Origin: Callorhinchus milii
Lineage: Eukaryota
NCBI RefSeq assembly: GCF_018977255.1
Contig: NW_024704742.1
Location: 868,001 to 932,000 of the forward strand
Reading direction: 5' to 3'
Length of the DNA stretch: 64,000 nt
This document shows positions 23,588 to 36,600 of the stretch, piece after piece (position 1 is the stretch's first letter; each line of letters begins with the position of its first letter). Under the pieces are notes generated by a model. It was given only the letters and a program-made list of their open reading frames with translations. It searched no databases and was not told where the DNA came from. A program made the position numbers and the translations under genes.

Positions 23588-24149
23588 CTCAGTCAGGTGG
23601 CTCAGTTGCCTGAGCGCTGGAGCATGGGACCATTCAACCCTTCGCACTTCACACTATTGACAACAATAAAATCAGTACCATGACTACAATATACGCTCGT
23701 GAGGAGGGCGGAAGGTAAGAGGGCTCAGAGGAATCACGGCTGGCAAATATTAAAACTGAGAACACAGTGTTTGCAATGTAAAGTGGTGCCGGTGGTGGCG
23801 AGCTTGATTCTTCACTGCTGGCAGAGAGCCAACACCAGCCACCCACACTGAAAACTCCAGCCCGGCGCATCGCTGCTTATTCAGAGAATAGCACTCGAGC
23901 AGGAAAGCGTTCGGAACTTTCCAAAATATTTACTTAAGAGTGTAATATTCCATCTCGGGAAAAACCTGGCCGGCTAGCTCGTGCCTCGCATGAGAGGAAA
24001 CACGTTCGGGGCTGAAAGTTGCAAAGCTGTTTCAGCCAGGGACGGGTTAAAATCCTCAATGAATCAGGCTTTGATACCGCAGCAGCGCTCTCTGTATGCA
24101 ACATGGTCTAAGCCGTGAGCCAGAATTTGCCTGAAAAAAAAAAGCTGGT

Positions 24150-24260
24150 CCATTGTTGCTTGTTTCTCAGTGTCATCTCTCAGGGTTACCATGGTAAGTT
24201 CTGTGTATCCTTTCAGGCTGTGTTATTGGACCTCCGGAAGGAAGTGGCCTATTGCGGGCA
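24150..24260 (+). promoter_or_regulatory. Candidate short exon ending ACCATG|gtaagt within a CpG-retaining unique island
   Basis: Possible acceptors at 24170 or 24183, Kozak-like ACCATG at 24188-24193, consensus donor at 24194, and tandem ETS motifs CCGGAAGGAAGT at 24234-24245. Confidence 0.3.
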
Positions 24261-24865
24261 GCTATTTTTGTGGAATCTTACATAACACGATCTGTACAAA
24301 CTTCCTCTTGCTCCGTTTATCACACAAAGGGGAAATTGAGTTTAATGACTTCTTAGATCTTTGATTGAGGGGCGTCAGGTGACTTCCAGTTCGGGGTTTT
24401 TTTTTCCCTGCGCTGGCAACGCAACGACAATATTCCGATCTCGGATTCAAGCAGCTGTTCCCTGGCTGCTTGAATGAGAATTCAATGCCATGGTAATATT
24501 TATCAGTCTGCAAAGGACAATTGGTGCAATCCTAAATGCTGCTGGTGCAGTAAAAGCATTTGAATGGGATCGTATACACTGATTCAGAAACGCTGCACAG
24601 AATATCAGGCAATAAAGTGCTAGGGTTGGGGCGGGGTGGGTAGGGGGGGGAATGAATTGGTGCCATTTACTTCTTTCTTTTGAAAGGCAGGCGGGAAAGA
24701 ACGATGTTAAAAAGGAAACAAAAGTTTTAAAGCTGCTTCAAGCTGGACATGCTGTCTATTCTAAGACCACATTCTACCGCAACAATGCTGAGTGCAATAT
24801 GTTAGGTGAGTAGGTCTGCGATTTAAATGGTAATTATAGTTATCTCTGCACTGTATAAACAATAA

Positions 24866-25290
24866 ATAGTCCTTGCATTCTATACTGCAACTTTCATGTC
24901 AGCAGACAGTCTTGAGGTACTTAACAGGATTTTACTGTGAAGTGTAGTGACTGTTTGTTTTGTAGGAGAGGTAGCCAATTTGCCCACTGCAATGTCCCAC
25001 AGTCACAAAGTGAATAACCAATCTTGTTTGGGGGTCTGTTGGCTGGGAGCCTGGGAGAAACACAGCTCATGTTTTGAATAGTGCCACAGGATCTTTAACG
25101 TCCACCTGAACAGGCATAGTTGGGACCTCAGTTTAATGTCTCATCTCAAGGACGGCAACCCTGACAAAACAACACCCCCCAGCACTGCTTTGGAATGTCA
25201 GAGTAGAGTTCCAAATCCTGATCTGGGGCTTGATTCCACAACCGTCTAACTCAGAGGAAAGAGTGCTACCAACGGAGCCAGGCTGACACA
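24866..25290 (-). mobile_element. Deu-domain SINE, near full length
   Basis: Tail, Deu core and head ending GAGCCAGGCTGACACA on the + strand. Confidence 0.85.
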
Positions 25291-25849
25291 TGTAAATGAA
25301 GGGACTGTCCCTCTGGCTGAGATCAGCTGGCAGCATAAAACAGTGATAGAGCCGCTGTGTGTGGTTGTATATTGGCCTTGTTTTTTCCTGCAGTCTCTGG
25401 CACCACAATAAACACATGGTCATTCCACATGTGTGAGCCTGGACAGGAGTGACAGAAGTATTCATCTGTGAAGGGCATAACAGCCAAGCTCCATTTTTTA
25501 TTCATTATCATCACATACGTACACGCACACACTTGCCAGCAAGCGGAAAGGAGGGGAGGAGGGTAAAGGCTTGGTAACTGCATGACGATTACTGTGGGAA
25601 ACTTGGCAATTGTTCCTCTTCACGATCCTAGAATGCTGAGTTTAGGTCAATTATAGCTGATCAGATAAGATTGGGACTTAAACTTTCAACCTTCTGGTCT
25701 GTAAAGCCTAATGTTACACTTTCCTTCCCCTATAGACCGTTGGAGGAGCTGAAAGCCAATTTCCCCACCGTACTTGCCAAGTGGTTAACTCCATGCTAAA
25801 ATCTGTTACCCACCATGCTACAGAAATACTGTAAGACTTTTATATATAA

Positions 25850-26158
25850 CAGCATTTATATAGCGCCTCTCATGCGAGGCAGAAATCTCGGAGCGCTTAA
25901 CAGTGGCGGAGCCTGATGTCGCAGCCATGGGGAGGGAGGAGGTGACCGTAAGTATGGTTGAAGAGGAAGGTCTTCAGTTGCAATCTAGAAGAGGGGACGG
26001 AAGGGCCGGAGGGTTTGGGGAGAGAGCTCCGAAGCTTCGGAGCGAAGTGGCTGAAAGCATGGCCGCCGATGGTGGGAGCTGAGGGGACGAGGGAGGGACA
26101 AGCAGGAAGCCAGAGTCAACCGAGCGGAGGCAGCGGGTAGTGGGGTAGTGTGCGGGCA
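25850..26158 (-). mobile_element. L2 LINE 3' fragment
   Basis: Minus ORF YPTTRCLRSVDSGFLLVP, then L2 C-terminus and tail. Confidence 0.85.
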
Positions 26159-26235
26159 ACTGATCCTTCTATTTGATATAGCGCCCTTACCACATCATCG
26201 AGATGTCTCACCGTAAAGTGGTGTGACTGCGTGTG

Positions 26236-26351
26236 TTTCGCCCACAAATATACAGTCAATTCACGTTACAGCATATTCTGTGAAGCGCTTTGAGACGTCA
26301 AGAAGACCTGAAAAGCGCTATATCAAACGCAAGGATTATTATTATTATTAT
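26236..26351 (+). mobile_element. Young SINE tail (~115 bp) inserted in an opposite-strand older SINE (26162-26362)
   Basis: Starts at TTTCGCCCACAAA and ends in (ATT)n; the flanks are reverse-complement SINE tail. Confidence 0.85.
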
Positions 26352-27114
26352 TTGTGGGCGAATATCCCGCTGTTTGCGTGTAGTGGTATCAACGCTCAAA
26401 CGGTGGCCATTACCTCCTTTGCTGTTCGATGACACAATTCAGCATTAAGCTGAAAATAAAATACTACATTGCCTGGAAAGCTAGCGGATTCCCCCCTCCC
26501 CCCCCCCACCCACGCCCTCAAAAAACACAATAAAGACTAAATTCCCTGCAGGACTCCAGGAAAAGGGAATGGAAGCGCAAAGCTGAATGTTGAAACTGTG
26601 GGCGACTGTGGTTCCTGTTAGATGTTAAGCCGGGCAGGAAGCTCTCGGCTAATTTCAAATGAAAAAAAAAACTTCCTGGCTCCCTCTGGATAGGCAGAAG
26701 CAATAAATAGCAGGGTATCTAGTGGAACTGTTCCAGCAACCGGTTATTGTTAGGAAGTGACTCACTGATTTCACATAACAGGATTTGTTGTTTTGTTATC
26801 ATCAATCAAGCGGATCATGCTGGCAGGAGCGTGAGGAACAGGCTTTGCCACGCAATCACTCCGAAGGCAGACTCAGTCTGGTGATCACTTTCAAAATACA
26901 ACTTGTGCTTTCGGTGCCTCACTTTGTATTCCCTTCTCCAAATACCCCTCCCACTGGGCAACCTGCCGCACTCCTTGCACCCATGCCCCCCGCCCACCAC
27001 CACCACCCCCCACCCAGGCGGGCAGTCACCTCTCTCCACATCTTCTTGTTGTGGCTATTTCTTTTTATCACAAGAGGTTGGTAATCAAGCAGGACATCAC
27101 ATTGGATGGCAAAT

Positions 27115-27225
27115 CACATTCCAAACCTTCCAGGGGCTGGCCCCGCTCTACCTCTGCGACCTCCTTCAACCGCACTGACCTGGCTGCTCCCTTCGCTCAG
27201 CAGGCAACGGCCTGTGTCATGTCCG
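27115..27225 (+). mobile_element. L2 ORF2 fragment
   Basis: Translates ITFQTFQGLAPLYLCDLLQPH. Confidence 0.75.
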
Positions 27226-27589
27226 TTTACGCTGTTTAAGTGTAAATTGTATAGCACCGAATATTGTAATAGTTAATTTTTCTTGTTCCCCGGACAGTCT
27301 AAACCTCGCTTTTTACAATGGAGCCCACAAATGACCAATGACCGGATGAAATAACTGAGTGGGAGTGATGAAGGATACTCTGGGACTTGACACAGTGACC
27401 TTCTTGGGAGTCAAGCTCTCAACCACTTGAGCTCATCAGTGTCCCTGAGGAGCATGTAACATTTTCCAGCAACAAACTATATATTAGTTAAATCCCTCTT
27501 AAAGCCATCCTCCTTAAAAAAACAACACTGGTGATCGTGCCCCAGTAGTTGAGTGATAAACTTCCACTCAGACCCTCAACTCTCAGTTG

Positions 27590-27922
27590 AACCCACCACT
27601 GGTACCTTACCTGAGGGCTTGTTATTTACATGGCATATTTGACATGAGTGCATGCAGACCACAAGGAGGTGAAGCCGTGCTTCATCCTGTCTTCACCTGA
27701 TGTCCACGTGGTTGCACATCTAATGTTGGGCTAGCAATAAAGAGAGGGAACTCTCGATGACCTTCCCTATTCATCACCCAGGGAAGCCGAGACCAATTAT
27801 AGCTCCTCTCATATCACCCCAACTGAAATCAGCTAACAGACACCAGACTTGGGATACAGCATAGAGTCTTCCTGGTCTGTTTGGCTCAGTTACTTACTGG
27901 AAGGCTTAATGAACCAATTGAA
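27590..27922 (-). mobile_element. Ancient SINE (AmnSINE2-like)
   Basis: Minus strand: GAGCCAAACAGACCAGGAAG...GTTAGCTGATTTCAG...AATTGGTCTCGGC...GTGGACATCAGGTGAAGACAGGAT. Confidence 0.6.
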
Positions 27923-29086
27923 GAACCTGTTGGGCAAGTGCTACGTAGTTGTTGGCGGCTCTCTGGAGGAACCAGTCTACAGTAACAAATGATTCTCCCC
28001 TCTTCCTCTCTGTTTTCTCAAATTGAGACAATGATGTGTGGTATAATTGACCACACTGTGGGCACATGCCTCAAAGTGGATGGATGTTTTCTAACTGGTC
28101 TGACCAATGCAGCACTCGTTCACATGCCTCGTTGTATGTGTGTGTGTCTGTGTGTGCTCGCTGCATGCGGTGGGGGTGGGGGAAGGATGTTCTGCAGCTT
28201 TCCACTTGCACTGCCCTCTGGAGGCATAATCCCAGATATGAAAGAAAGTATGAAAGTACAGAAAAGGAAGCAGAAAAGAAAGATCAAACCAGATCGAAGA
28301 AAACGTTACCCAAATCAGGATGAGAGTGAGGATGCCTCTGAAGAGATGTCCTGCGCCAATTAACCTTGGCTTTGAAATAGTGGCATTGTCCATTATTTGC
28401 AGTGTCTCTTGCCGTTCTTTTCACATGCGTTGTCTTTTGGTGAGTGCTAAGGCTGTCAGCGTCGCATGGATGATCTGCAGGTGGCGGCTGTTTAATGATG
28501 AGCAATTCTTGGTAAGCAGGAAGTCTAAAAATACCTGGAGCTAAGAGGAAGCACGGTTAACAAATGATGCGCAAGTTGACGACAAGGAAGGAAACATATT
28601 TCTGTGGATACCATATATCTATTACATTCAAGTTATTATACCAAGCAGAGCCTTAAAAGTATAGCGAAACCTAATTGTAATACAATCTGTTGTTTTTTGC
28701 ACCTTCTGTTGTAATTGGATTTCCCCCCGGTTCATAGTGAGCCTCCGTTAAGGGTTTTGCTGTCGCACTGGGGAATTTCAGGTAACCCAAGTTCCCGGAA
28801 AAGGCAGGAATAATCTACTACAAAGACTCTGTGCTGGGAGACTTGCCACATTGGCTGCCACAGTCCAATAGTACTCCAACATACGCTGTACCCCATGAAC
28901 TGCAAATTTCCAACCGCACGTTTAATGGTCTCGAATCAACATCTACAGGTTTGGCTGTGAAGTACATAGTGCCACGGCTCCAGTCACAAGCCGCTAGTCA
29001 CAACCCTGGGAAGACGAATAGAGAGATTTTCAATTCAAGAAGGGAGCTCAAAGCTCGATGAGCTCAAACCCTGATAAGAACATGAA

Positions 29087-29200
29087 TCGCCCACAAATAT
29101 ACAGTCAATTCACTTTACAGTCTAATCTGTGAAGCGCTTTGAGACGTCGAGAAGACGTGAAAAGCGCTATATCAAATGCAAGGATTATTATTATTATTAT
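29087..29200 (+). mobile_element. Young SINE tail (~115 bp)
   Basis: TCGCCCACAAATATACAGTC...AGCGCTTTGAGACGTCGAGAAGACGTGAAAAGCGCT...(ATT)n. Confidence 0.9.
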
Positions 29201-29721
29201 CGGTATTTCTGGGGTTTGACTATAGTAGGAAATACATTGAACAATTCAGTATAGATGATTGGTGCACATATTGATTTCTGTTATACCCAATTGATTATCC
29301 TATTTTGTCACAGCGACAGAGTCACACAATAGCTACTTTGTGCTCCCCAACAGACAGCGATATACAGTTTTCTTTTTACACGGCTTTCAAAACTGCTGCA
29401 CAAACTCGATGGGAGTTTTTAATTCTAGTTTTGAAAAGATTAATAAAGCCTTTAGGGTTATGCAGAAGCAACCGGGTAATCAATAGACAGGCTCACGAGA
29501 TGGCAGAGACAAACACAATAAAACATTACAGTGTTTTGCAATGTTTGACTGCACATTTGAACCTTGGTATCAAGCCCACACTGGTTACAGCCAGCCTCCT
29601 AATACCTTCCCAGACATGTCACACGCATTACGATTCAGTAAAGTGCTAAGTGTGGAACGTATAATCCCTCAAAGCTGAATTAGCAGAGATCATTTCCTCC
29701 ACCCTGAGCATTTATCAATTA

Positions 29722-30097
29722 TAAATAAACAATCCCTGCGTTCGATAGTGTCTTTCACTTTGCGAGGATGTCTCAAAGCGCTTCACGGGATATACCGCTT
29801 ATTTAGTAAGCGAACATTGCAGCCAATTAGCATACAGCAAAGTCTCACAAACAGCCTTGAGGTGTACCACCAATTTTATCCAGGACACTGAGAGAAACTC
29901 CCTTCTCTTTTCAAATAATTTCAATGGATCGTTAACGTCCACCTGAACAGGCAGATGGAATTTTGGTTAAACATCTCATCCTGAGGGTCGACACTTCCAA
30001 TAATGTAGCACAGCTCTGTATTTGAGCGTCAGCCTAGAACTGTGAGCTCAAAGTCCCTATGTGGGGCTTAAACCCACAACTTAGCCAGGCTCATACA
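29722..30097 (-). mobile_element. Deu-domain SINE
   Basis: Tail, Deu core and partial head. Confidence 0.8.
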
Positions 30098-30537
30098 CAC
30101 ATTTAAGATATAAATGTGTATGTGAGCTTGATGTACGATTTGATTGTGAAGGACATTTGATGATGGCATAATTCAGTGTTTAAAATAAAAATACATTTGT
30201 TTAAAGAAATGTCCTGCCAGAATATGAATTTGTGTACATTTTATGAATGAATTGCTTCGTAAAATGTAGATTAATGGATGCCACATTTATGCAAATAACA
30301 CTATATACTGTATTGACAAAGAAGGGGTTAGCCTACAAAACACACAGTCACTCCAATTTACGGAATATCCTGTGAAGCGCTTTGAGACGTCCCCCCGACG
30401 TGAAAGGAAATTTTCAAAGGTAAGGATTATTATTAATAATAATTTGGTTTGCTTCAAGGTTACTTGGTGACTTGTAGTGATTCAGTGTCAGGTTCGTTAC
30501 GAAACCAAATAGTCCTCAGTGCAGCTGAGTCTTTTTG

Positions 30538-30680
30538 TACAACAACAACTTGCATTTACATAGCGCCCTTCATGCAGGGAAGCATCCCAGAGTGCTCGAT
30601 AGTGGTGGAGTCTGACACCGAGCCAGGAGAAGAGGGAGGGGGAGCTGACCGTGAGCACCATCAAAAAGGAAGGTCTTTGG
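30538..30680 (-). mobile_element. L2 3' end (second tail type)
   Basis: Minus-strand tail AGCACTCTGGGATGCTTCCCTGCATGAAGGGCGCTATGTAAATGCAAGTTGTTGTT. Confidence 0.8.
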
Positions 30681-31459
30681 AGTTTTAGTTCAGTTGATTC
30701 AAAATTCACTCAACTATTTCCACCAGAATATTGAAATCATGGGGGAAATGAAACAACCAATTTCTCGGATGCAGGCTGGAATGAAAGAATCCAGAAATAT
30801 CCGAATAGATCGGAACGTTTGCATATATTCTTTTGGGTTGAGCTCAGATTTGGATTCGCGTTGAACGCTCCATTTCGCTTGACGATCAGATTCCCCAACG
30901 TGACTTTTATCACCCTTCCCCTGTTTCCAGCCCCCGCTGTATCTCTTGTCCTACATCTGCAGATCTGTCAGCGACACTGCCTCCGTTGAGCTTTCAATGA
31001 ACAGGAGAAGAAAACTTCTCTCCCTCTCCACCCCCCACCCAGTCTCTGCTGCTCCCCTGAAATAAGAGCACTGGAACATGGGTTTCACAGACTAAACAGT
31101 AAAGTGAACTGACTGTATATTTTGCGGGCGAAACTAAGCTACCTTGTTCTCACAGCAAAGGGGCCCTCTGCGTACACGCAATGTCTTTTTCCTCCGGTCA
31201 CACTTTCCTGCTCTCACCCAGCCCCACTCGCTCACAGGTTTCACCATTCCCAGGCCAGGTCTTGTTCTCTCACCGGGCCCACTTTCCCACACTCTCGGTA
31301 GGTCTCGCAATGCTTGCTGCGAGGCCTAGGGAAGCCAGAGCCTCACTTGCCTCACCCGACACTGGCGCATACTTAAAGGAAAGTGTTGAACGTTAGAAAA
31401 ATATAGGTATACCTTTCATGAGCTCACAGTTTAGATTGATACACTACCGGGAAAGCCCT

Positions 31460-31968
31460 ACATTGTCAGAGGTGCCGTCCTTTGGATAAGATGTTAATCC
31501 GAGGTCCCGTCTGCCTATTCAGGTGAACATTATCTCAAGAGCCTCCTCTTCGACCGTGTTTTCGATCTCCCTGCTTCACCACCCTGCCCTCCACCCTCCC
31601 CGGCCCCAACCCCCAGCTTGGGTCCGAAACTCTGACTGTCCAGCGCCTTGGGACGTCCTCCCGACGTGACAGGCGCTATATACAAATGTAATTTTGTTAT
31701 TGTTGTTGTTGTTATTACAGATCCCACGGCACTATTTGAAAAAGAGAAGGTTTCCTGGTCAACAATCCCCCAGATAAGGTTGGTCATTCAGTTTATGGCT
31801 GGTTTGTGGGACATTACTGTGCGTGAATTGGCTGCTGCGTTCGCCTACAAAATACGCACTCTCTCTCTCGCTACACCCTACAGTAACGGCTGTGTAGCTC
31901 TTTTAAGGCATTTTGACATGTTAAGACACTACGTCAAATAGAAAGATTATTATTGTTATTATTATTAT
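31460..31968 (+). mobile_element. Deu-domain SINE split by an L2 3' end (31531-31712, +)
   Basis: Core GAGGTGCCGTCC...CAGGTGAACATTA | L2 (LKSLLFDRVF + tail) | TTACAGATCCCACGGCACTA resumes. Confidence 0.85.
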
Positions 31969-32167
31969 ACACCGCCAGTCACTGGATTATGTGCCATAAA
32001 CAATAGTTTGCCCTGGGGTAAACTGCCAACAGCAAGCATTTGTGGCCGAACCTCGCACCCAGTCACACAAAAAAATTGCGAGAACCAGCAGCAGCCGGTT
32101 GCTGAAACGTGTTACTTTTCCTGGTCACTAACAGGGAAGGAATGAATAGCAGGATTAGAGGGTGTAA

Positions 32168-32192
32168 AGAGAGAGAGAGGGAGGGGTGGGGG

Positions 32193-32223
<31 letters not shown>

Positions 32224-32228
32224 AGGGA
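32168..32228 (+). repeat. (GA)n / purine-rich tract
   Basis: Direct inspection. Confidence 0.85.
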
Positions 32229-32739
32229 CGCAGACGAGATGGAGAAACCGGGCGCCACTCATGCGGTGAAGCCAATTTTGACAGGCCTCCCTTCTCTTCC
32301 AGTCCTGGCTAATATTAAAGCCAATTCGGATGTGGTAATTATTTGCTTTCCTTTCTGATATTGACAGTGTGTGATTTTCCACAGGCTGAACAAAGGTCTC
32401 TGCCACTGTATGCCTACCTTCCCAGCATACCACAGCCTTCAACCCAGCAGAGCTGTGAGCCGTACAAGGGACTCATTTGATCCCATTTTCTAGTTTCGTG
32501 CAGCAGATAAGTGTTAATGTTGATTTAACTGACTTACACTGGCTGAATCCCTGGTTTTATTTTTGCACATTAAGCCGTACTCCTAACGCAGTACAGAGGT
32601 GTTATAAAGCACTCTCACAGCTAAGAAGCAGTTTGTTTTAATTTTGCTTTTTTTTTTGAAAAAATAACTTACCAATTCAATTTGAGAGCTCAACAACCAA
32701 CAGGGTATATTCCCACTAAACATTACACTAAACTATGTC

Positions 32740-33128
32740 TCCTACTTGGGGAGGACAAGTTTGCAGGGCTATGGGGAGAGCGCGGGGGGAATGGGGTTGA
32801 TCAGGGCTATGGGGAGAGAGTGGGGGTTGATCAGGGCTATGGGGAGAGCGCGGGGGAGTGGGGTTGATCAGGGCTATGGGGAGAGAGTGGGGGTTGATCA
32901 GGGCTATGGGGAGAGAGCAAGGGAGTGGGGTTGATCAGGGCTATGGGGAGAGCGCAGGGGGAGTGGGGTTGATCAGGGCTATGGGGAGAACACGGGGGAG
33001 TGGTGTTGATCAGGCTATGGGGAGAGAGCGGGGAGTGGGGTTGACTTGGAAGCTCTTTTCAAAGAGCAGCACACACACGATGGGCCGAATGGCCTCCTTC
33101 TGTGCTGTACAATTCTATGATTCTATGA
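32740..33128 (+). mobile_element. CR1 (shark HER1/HE1-type) 3' end containing a minisatellite
   Basis: YLGRTSLQGYGE.AG.W ORF2 end, then GATGGGCCGAATGGCCTCCTTCTGTGCTG...TTCTATGATTCTATGA. Confidence 0.85.
32764..33043 (+). repeat. G-rich minisatellite, 8 units of 30-38 bp (CAGGGCTATGGGGAGAG...GTGGGGTTGAT)
   Basis: Unit starts at 32764, 32802, 32832, 32869, 32899, 32936, 32974 and 33011. Confidence 0.95.
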
Positions 33129-34672
33129 GTGATGAGGCCTAATGTTTAGATATTTACAAATATTTAGACAATCCTCTTGGGGAAACATTTTTCTTAACCA
33201 ATCTTTCGCTCTTAAGGCTAACGGTATCGTGCAGCAGAACGCCATTCTCTCACTCGGGTTGAAATAAATACGTAGTTTGGAGCGAGGTTAGAAAATAAGA
33301 ACTTCACAGCACGGGTCAGCAATTGCAAGCTCTCTCTTATTCGCTGTTGCCATTGGGATGTCACTTGGCACAGCTGTAATAATGGTCCCTGCTCCCTGAG
33401 GGGGGAAAACACGAGAGCCCTTTACAAAGGCGGTTTTCATTAGCTAATCAGTCAATACCATAAAATCCATTATCACTTTGTAATCCTGTACTGTACTGAG
33501 CACAGAGTTTCCTGCTCCTAAGCCCCGGGAATCACCCTGCCGGCACCGTTATCCTTGTGTGAACGTTATCCTGTATCAAAGAGATGAAGCATCATAACAC
33601 TGGCAGCACGTACATTGGGTGACAGCAGGTACACTCTCATATATACCTCTGCCACGTGCAATTGTCAGCATACAACTGTTGGATATCCTCAACATGTACA
33701 CGGTTGGCAAATACAAGCGGAGCATGTACACCAGTAGGATATACCATATGCACTGGTAGTACATCCTGCTAACAGCACAAACCCACAATTCAAACAGAAT
33801 AAACCAGTTCCCATTGAAACACCAAATGGTGTAAATAATAACAGACACAGTTGGCATCTAATTGGCAAGTTTCTTACTGTGTCCTTAGGTCACCTGAACT
33901 TTGCACGCGCTATGTGTGTGTGATACTATCAAAATGCATCAATCACAGAGCAGCCTTACAGACACTCTCAGGGCTCTGTTCCCATCACTATTGATCCCTT
34001 CACACCCTAGTGCCCCCTTATCTCTGTGAGGTTCTCCTAGCTCGCTCTGCTGCTAACTCAGACCTGCTGCACCCCCTCTGTGCCACCATCAGTGGTCGAG
34101 GGTCGAGCCTTCACTGACTACATCCCTAACCGCTGTAATTCCACAGTGTGGGTTGGGGTACTGCTGGAATCTAACCAGCAAAAAAAACATATAGCTTGCC
34201 CTTAAAGCAAGTCTGGCAAGCTTTCCTGCTGCTTGTCATAAGGGTCTTGGCTTGCAAGGGTAACAGAAGCTGAGAGTCCCAGCCTCCAGCGACTGATCTG
34301 CCCTTCCAATTCCAACCAATGTGCCAGCCTAACTGGGTTGGAGTAATGCCCTGGATTACTGTGGACCCGCCTGGCTCAGGAACTGGATTCCCAAGACTAC
34401 TACAGAGGACTGGCTCGATTCCGACATTCCATTGCCAAGAATTTCACCTTAGACCAGCTGGAAGGAGACCCCGCTTACCAAATACCCAGGAGCATAGTCA
34501 CTAATTGGCTATTTAATATCCGACAAGTGCAGGTTTGTGCCCTCACTAGGTGGATGGCAGGTACCAGGCATATTTCCTGGTGAGCCATGCAGCTCAGCCT
34601 GAAATGTATGAGAGCATTGCCACCATCTTCCTGCCCAGAGTTTGGACACATGTCCCCTATCCCCCCCCCGCA

Positions 34673-34850
34673 AAAATATTTGGTCACTCAATCCATGACT
34701 GTTTGTGGGGACGCTGCTGTGCATGATTGGCTGCCGTGTTTCTCCGACAAAATGCACAATCTTCACTTTACAATGTGAAGCGCCTTGAGACGTGTCAACG
34801 TCAGGATCAGGCGCTATAACAAATGCAAGGATTATTATGATTATCGTTAT
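34673..34850 (+). mobile_element. SINE 3' half
   Basis: TGGTCACTCAATCCATGACTGTTTGTGGGG...GGATTATTAT. Confidence 0.8.
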
Positions 34851-36509
34851 TGTTGCTCACTGTGTGACGGTTCTACCAATTGACAGTGCGGAGCTTGAGA
34901 GCAGCTGCCTATCTCTCTGCAAACCAATCAAGGTGAAATTCAAGCCCTGGGTATCTGAACATATGTTACACAAACTTGGACTGCAGGTAAAGTCTCCCAG
35001 CAGCTGTTGTCCCAATCCTCGGAATTTGTTCCCATGGCTAGTCACCTACCACCTCCTTCTCCTCCCTCCTTCCCCCCCACATCTCGCTTAGTGTCCCTAA
35101 CCCAGCTTTTTGAAGTGCTCTGAGATATTACCCCACGAGAAGGGCGCTATTTAAATGCAAATTGCTATTATTACCCCCTCATGTGTATTACACCCCTGGT
35201 TTAAGTTTCCCGAGGACTGTGAGCTGCCGCCCACATCTGAAAAGAGTCAAAAATGTTGAAATGGGTTTTTAGTGCTGCTGCAAAATTGGATAATCTAACA
35301 TACATATTGTACTGTGTATTGCGTATTTATTTGAATGAAAACTGGATTTCAGTTAAAAAAATAAATTGAAACCAGAGCTGTTCCAGTCAGACCCCGAGCC
35401 ACAGTCTCACTGCATCATCAGTGGTGAGGAAGTGTTGACTCACAGCCAATCATCAGCTTCCTCTGCCACAGTCACTTGCCCAGCTCCAGCTCAAAGTCAA
35501 CCCAATCATTTTAAGCAGAGGATATCTGAGCAATGGCAGGAGCAGACCCACATAACTCACACATACCACAAACCAAAGTCAGGTCTGACAGTGCCTGCGT
35601 GAGTAAAACCCCCAAGTTGAACTCACTGCCTCCAGTGAGATCTTTCTGTTTATTCTAAGGGAGGGAACAATCCTTTGAATCTTAGTGTTGCTCTTAAACT
35701 GCCGTCCAGCAGTGTCCTGCGATTTGCGGGTGTTAACTTATCCAATGATTTTTTCCCCCAAATAAAATTCACTCCATAAATTAAAACAGCCATGAAGTCA
35801 CTCACTTCAGTAACTACACTTTACAATATATCCTGTGAAGCGCTTTGTGACATCTCAATGACATTACAAGTCAATATGTCAAATGCAAAGAGTATTATTA
35901 TTACATCATATAACTTGTGTATGTCAATTTGTGGTAATCGCAAGGGTTGGTATAGTATTAGGAATATTTGTTTGCCCTCTCAGCCTATGTTTGTGAGAGG
36001 AAAAAGATATTGCCAGGAATTTTCGAATAAAATCAACAAAAACTATAAAATGTCAAAACTTTCTGCAAGTCATGTTACCAGGATAGCAAACATGAATATT
36101 GCAATAACATCTTCCCATTGCTCAGACCATATTTGTACATACTTACATGTACACTTAAATATTATTTACATGTATACTTACAGTACAGTGTAGACATAAG
36201 GGGAGCTAATTTACATTAACCTGACCCCTGCACAACACTGACTAGGATTGAAAGTCGCTCTTGATAAAGTGCGGACACAGACGATATCAACAGCATTTAT
36301 ATACAGTAGTTTCCTTCATGCAGGGTGATGTCTTGGAGCGCTTTACAGGTTTGTTGCCTTAGTATTTGGATGTAAAATGGTGGTACGATGGGTCAGTACA
36401 TGGTTCTCTGGAGGCTGGCCTTAAATCTAGCCCAAATTAGCATCTTTAAAGTCTTCTCTGTCGACAGTGAAAGTATTTTAGGATTTATTTTAGTATTTAG
36501 TATTTTAAA

Positions 36510-36600
36510 CTGTTGTGCGCAATTGGCTGCCACGTTTCGCCCACAAAATGTTCAATCAATTCACTTTACAGTTTATTCTGCAAAGCGCTTTGAGACGTCT
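36510..36600 (+). mobile_element. SINE fragment truncated in its terminal stem-loop and abutting an L2
   Basis: GTGCGCAATTGGCTGCC...AGCGCTTTGAGACGTC, followed directly by L2 ORF2. Confidence 0.8.

Noticed and set aside
27989..28363. Lys/Arg-rich then acidic ORF as an exon
   Set aside because: It includes TG/G low-complexity sequence, has no convincing splice sites, and purine richness explains the composition.
32764..33043. CRISPR-like array
   Set aside because: The units are contiguous with no unique spacers, the context is eukaryotic, and the unit derives from CR1.
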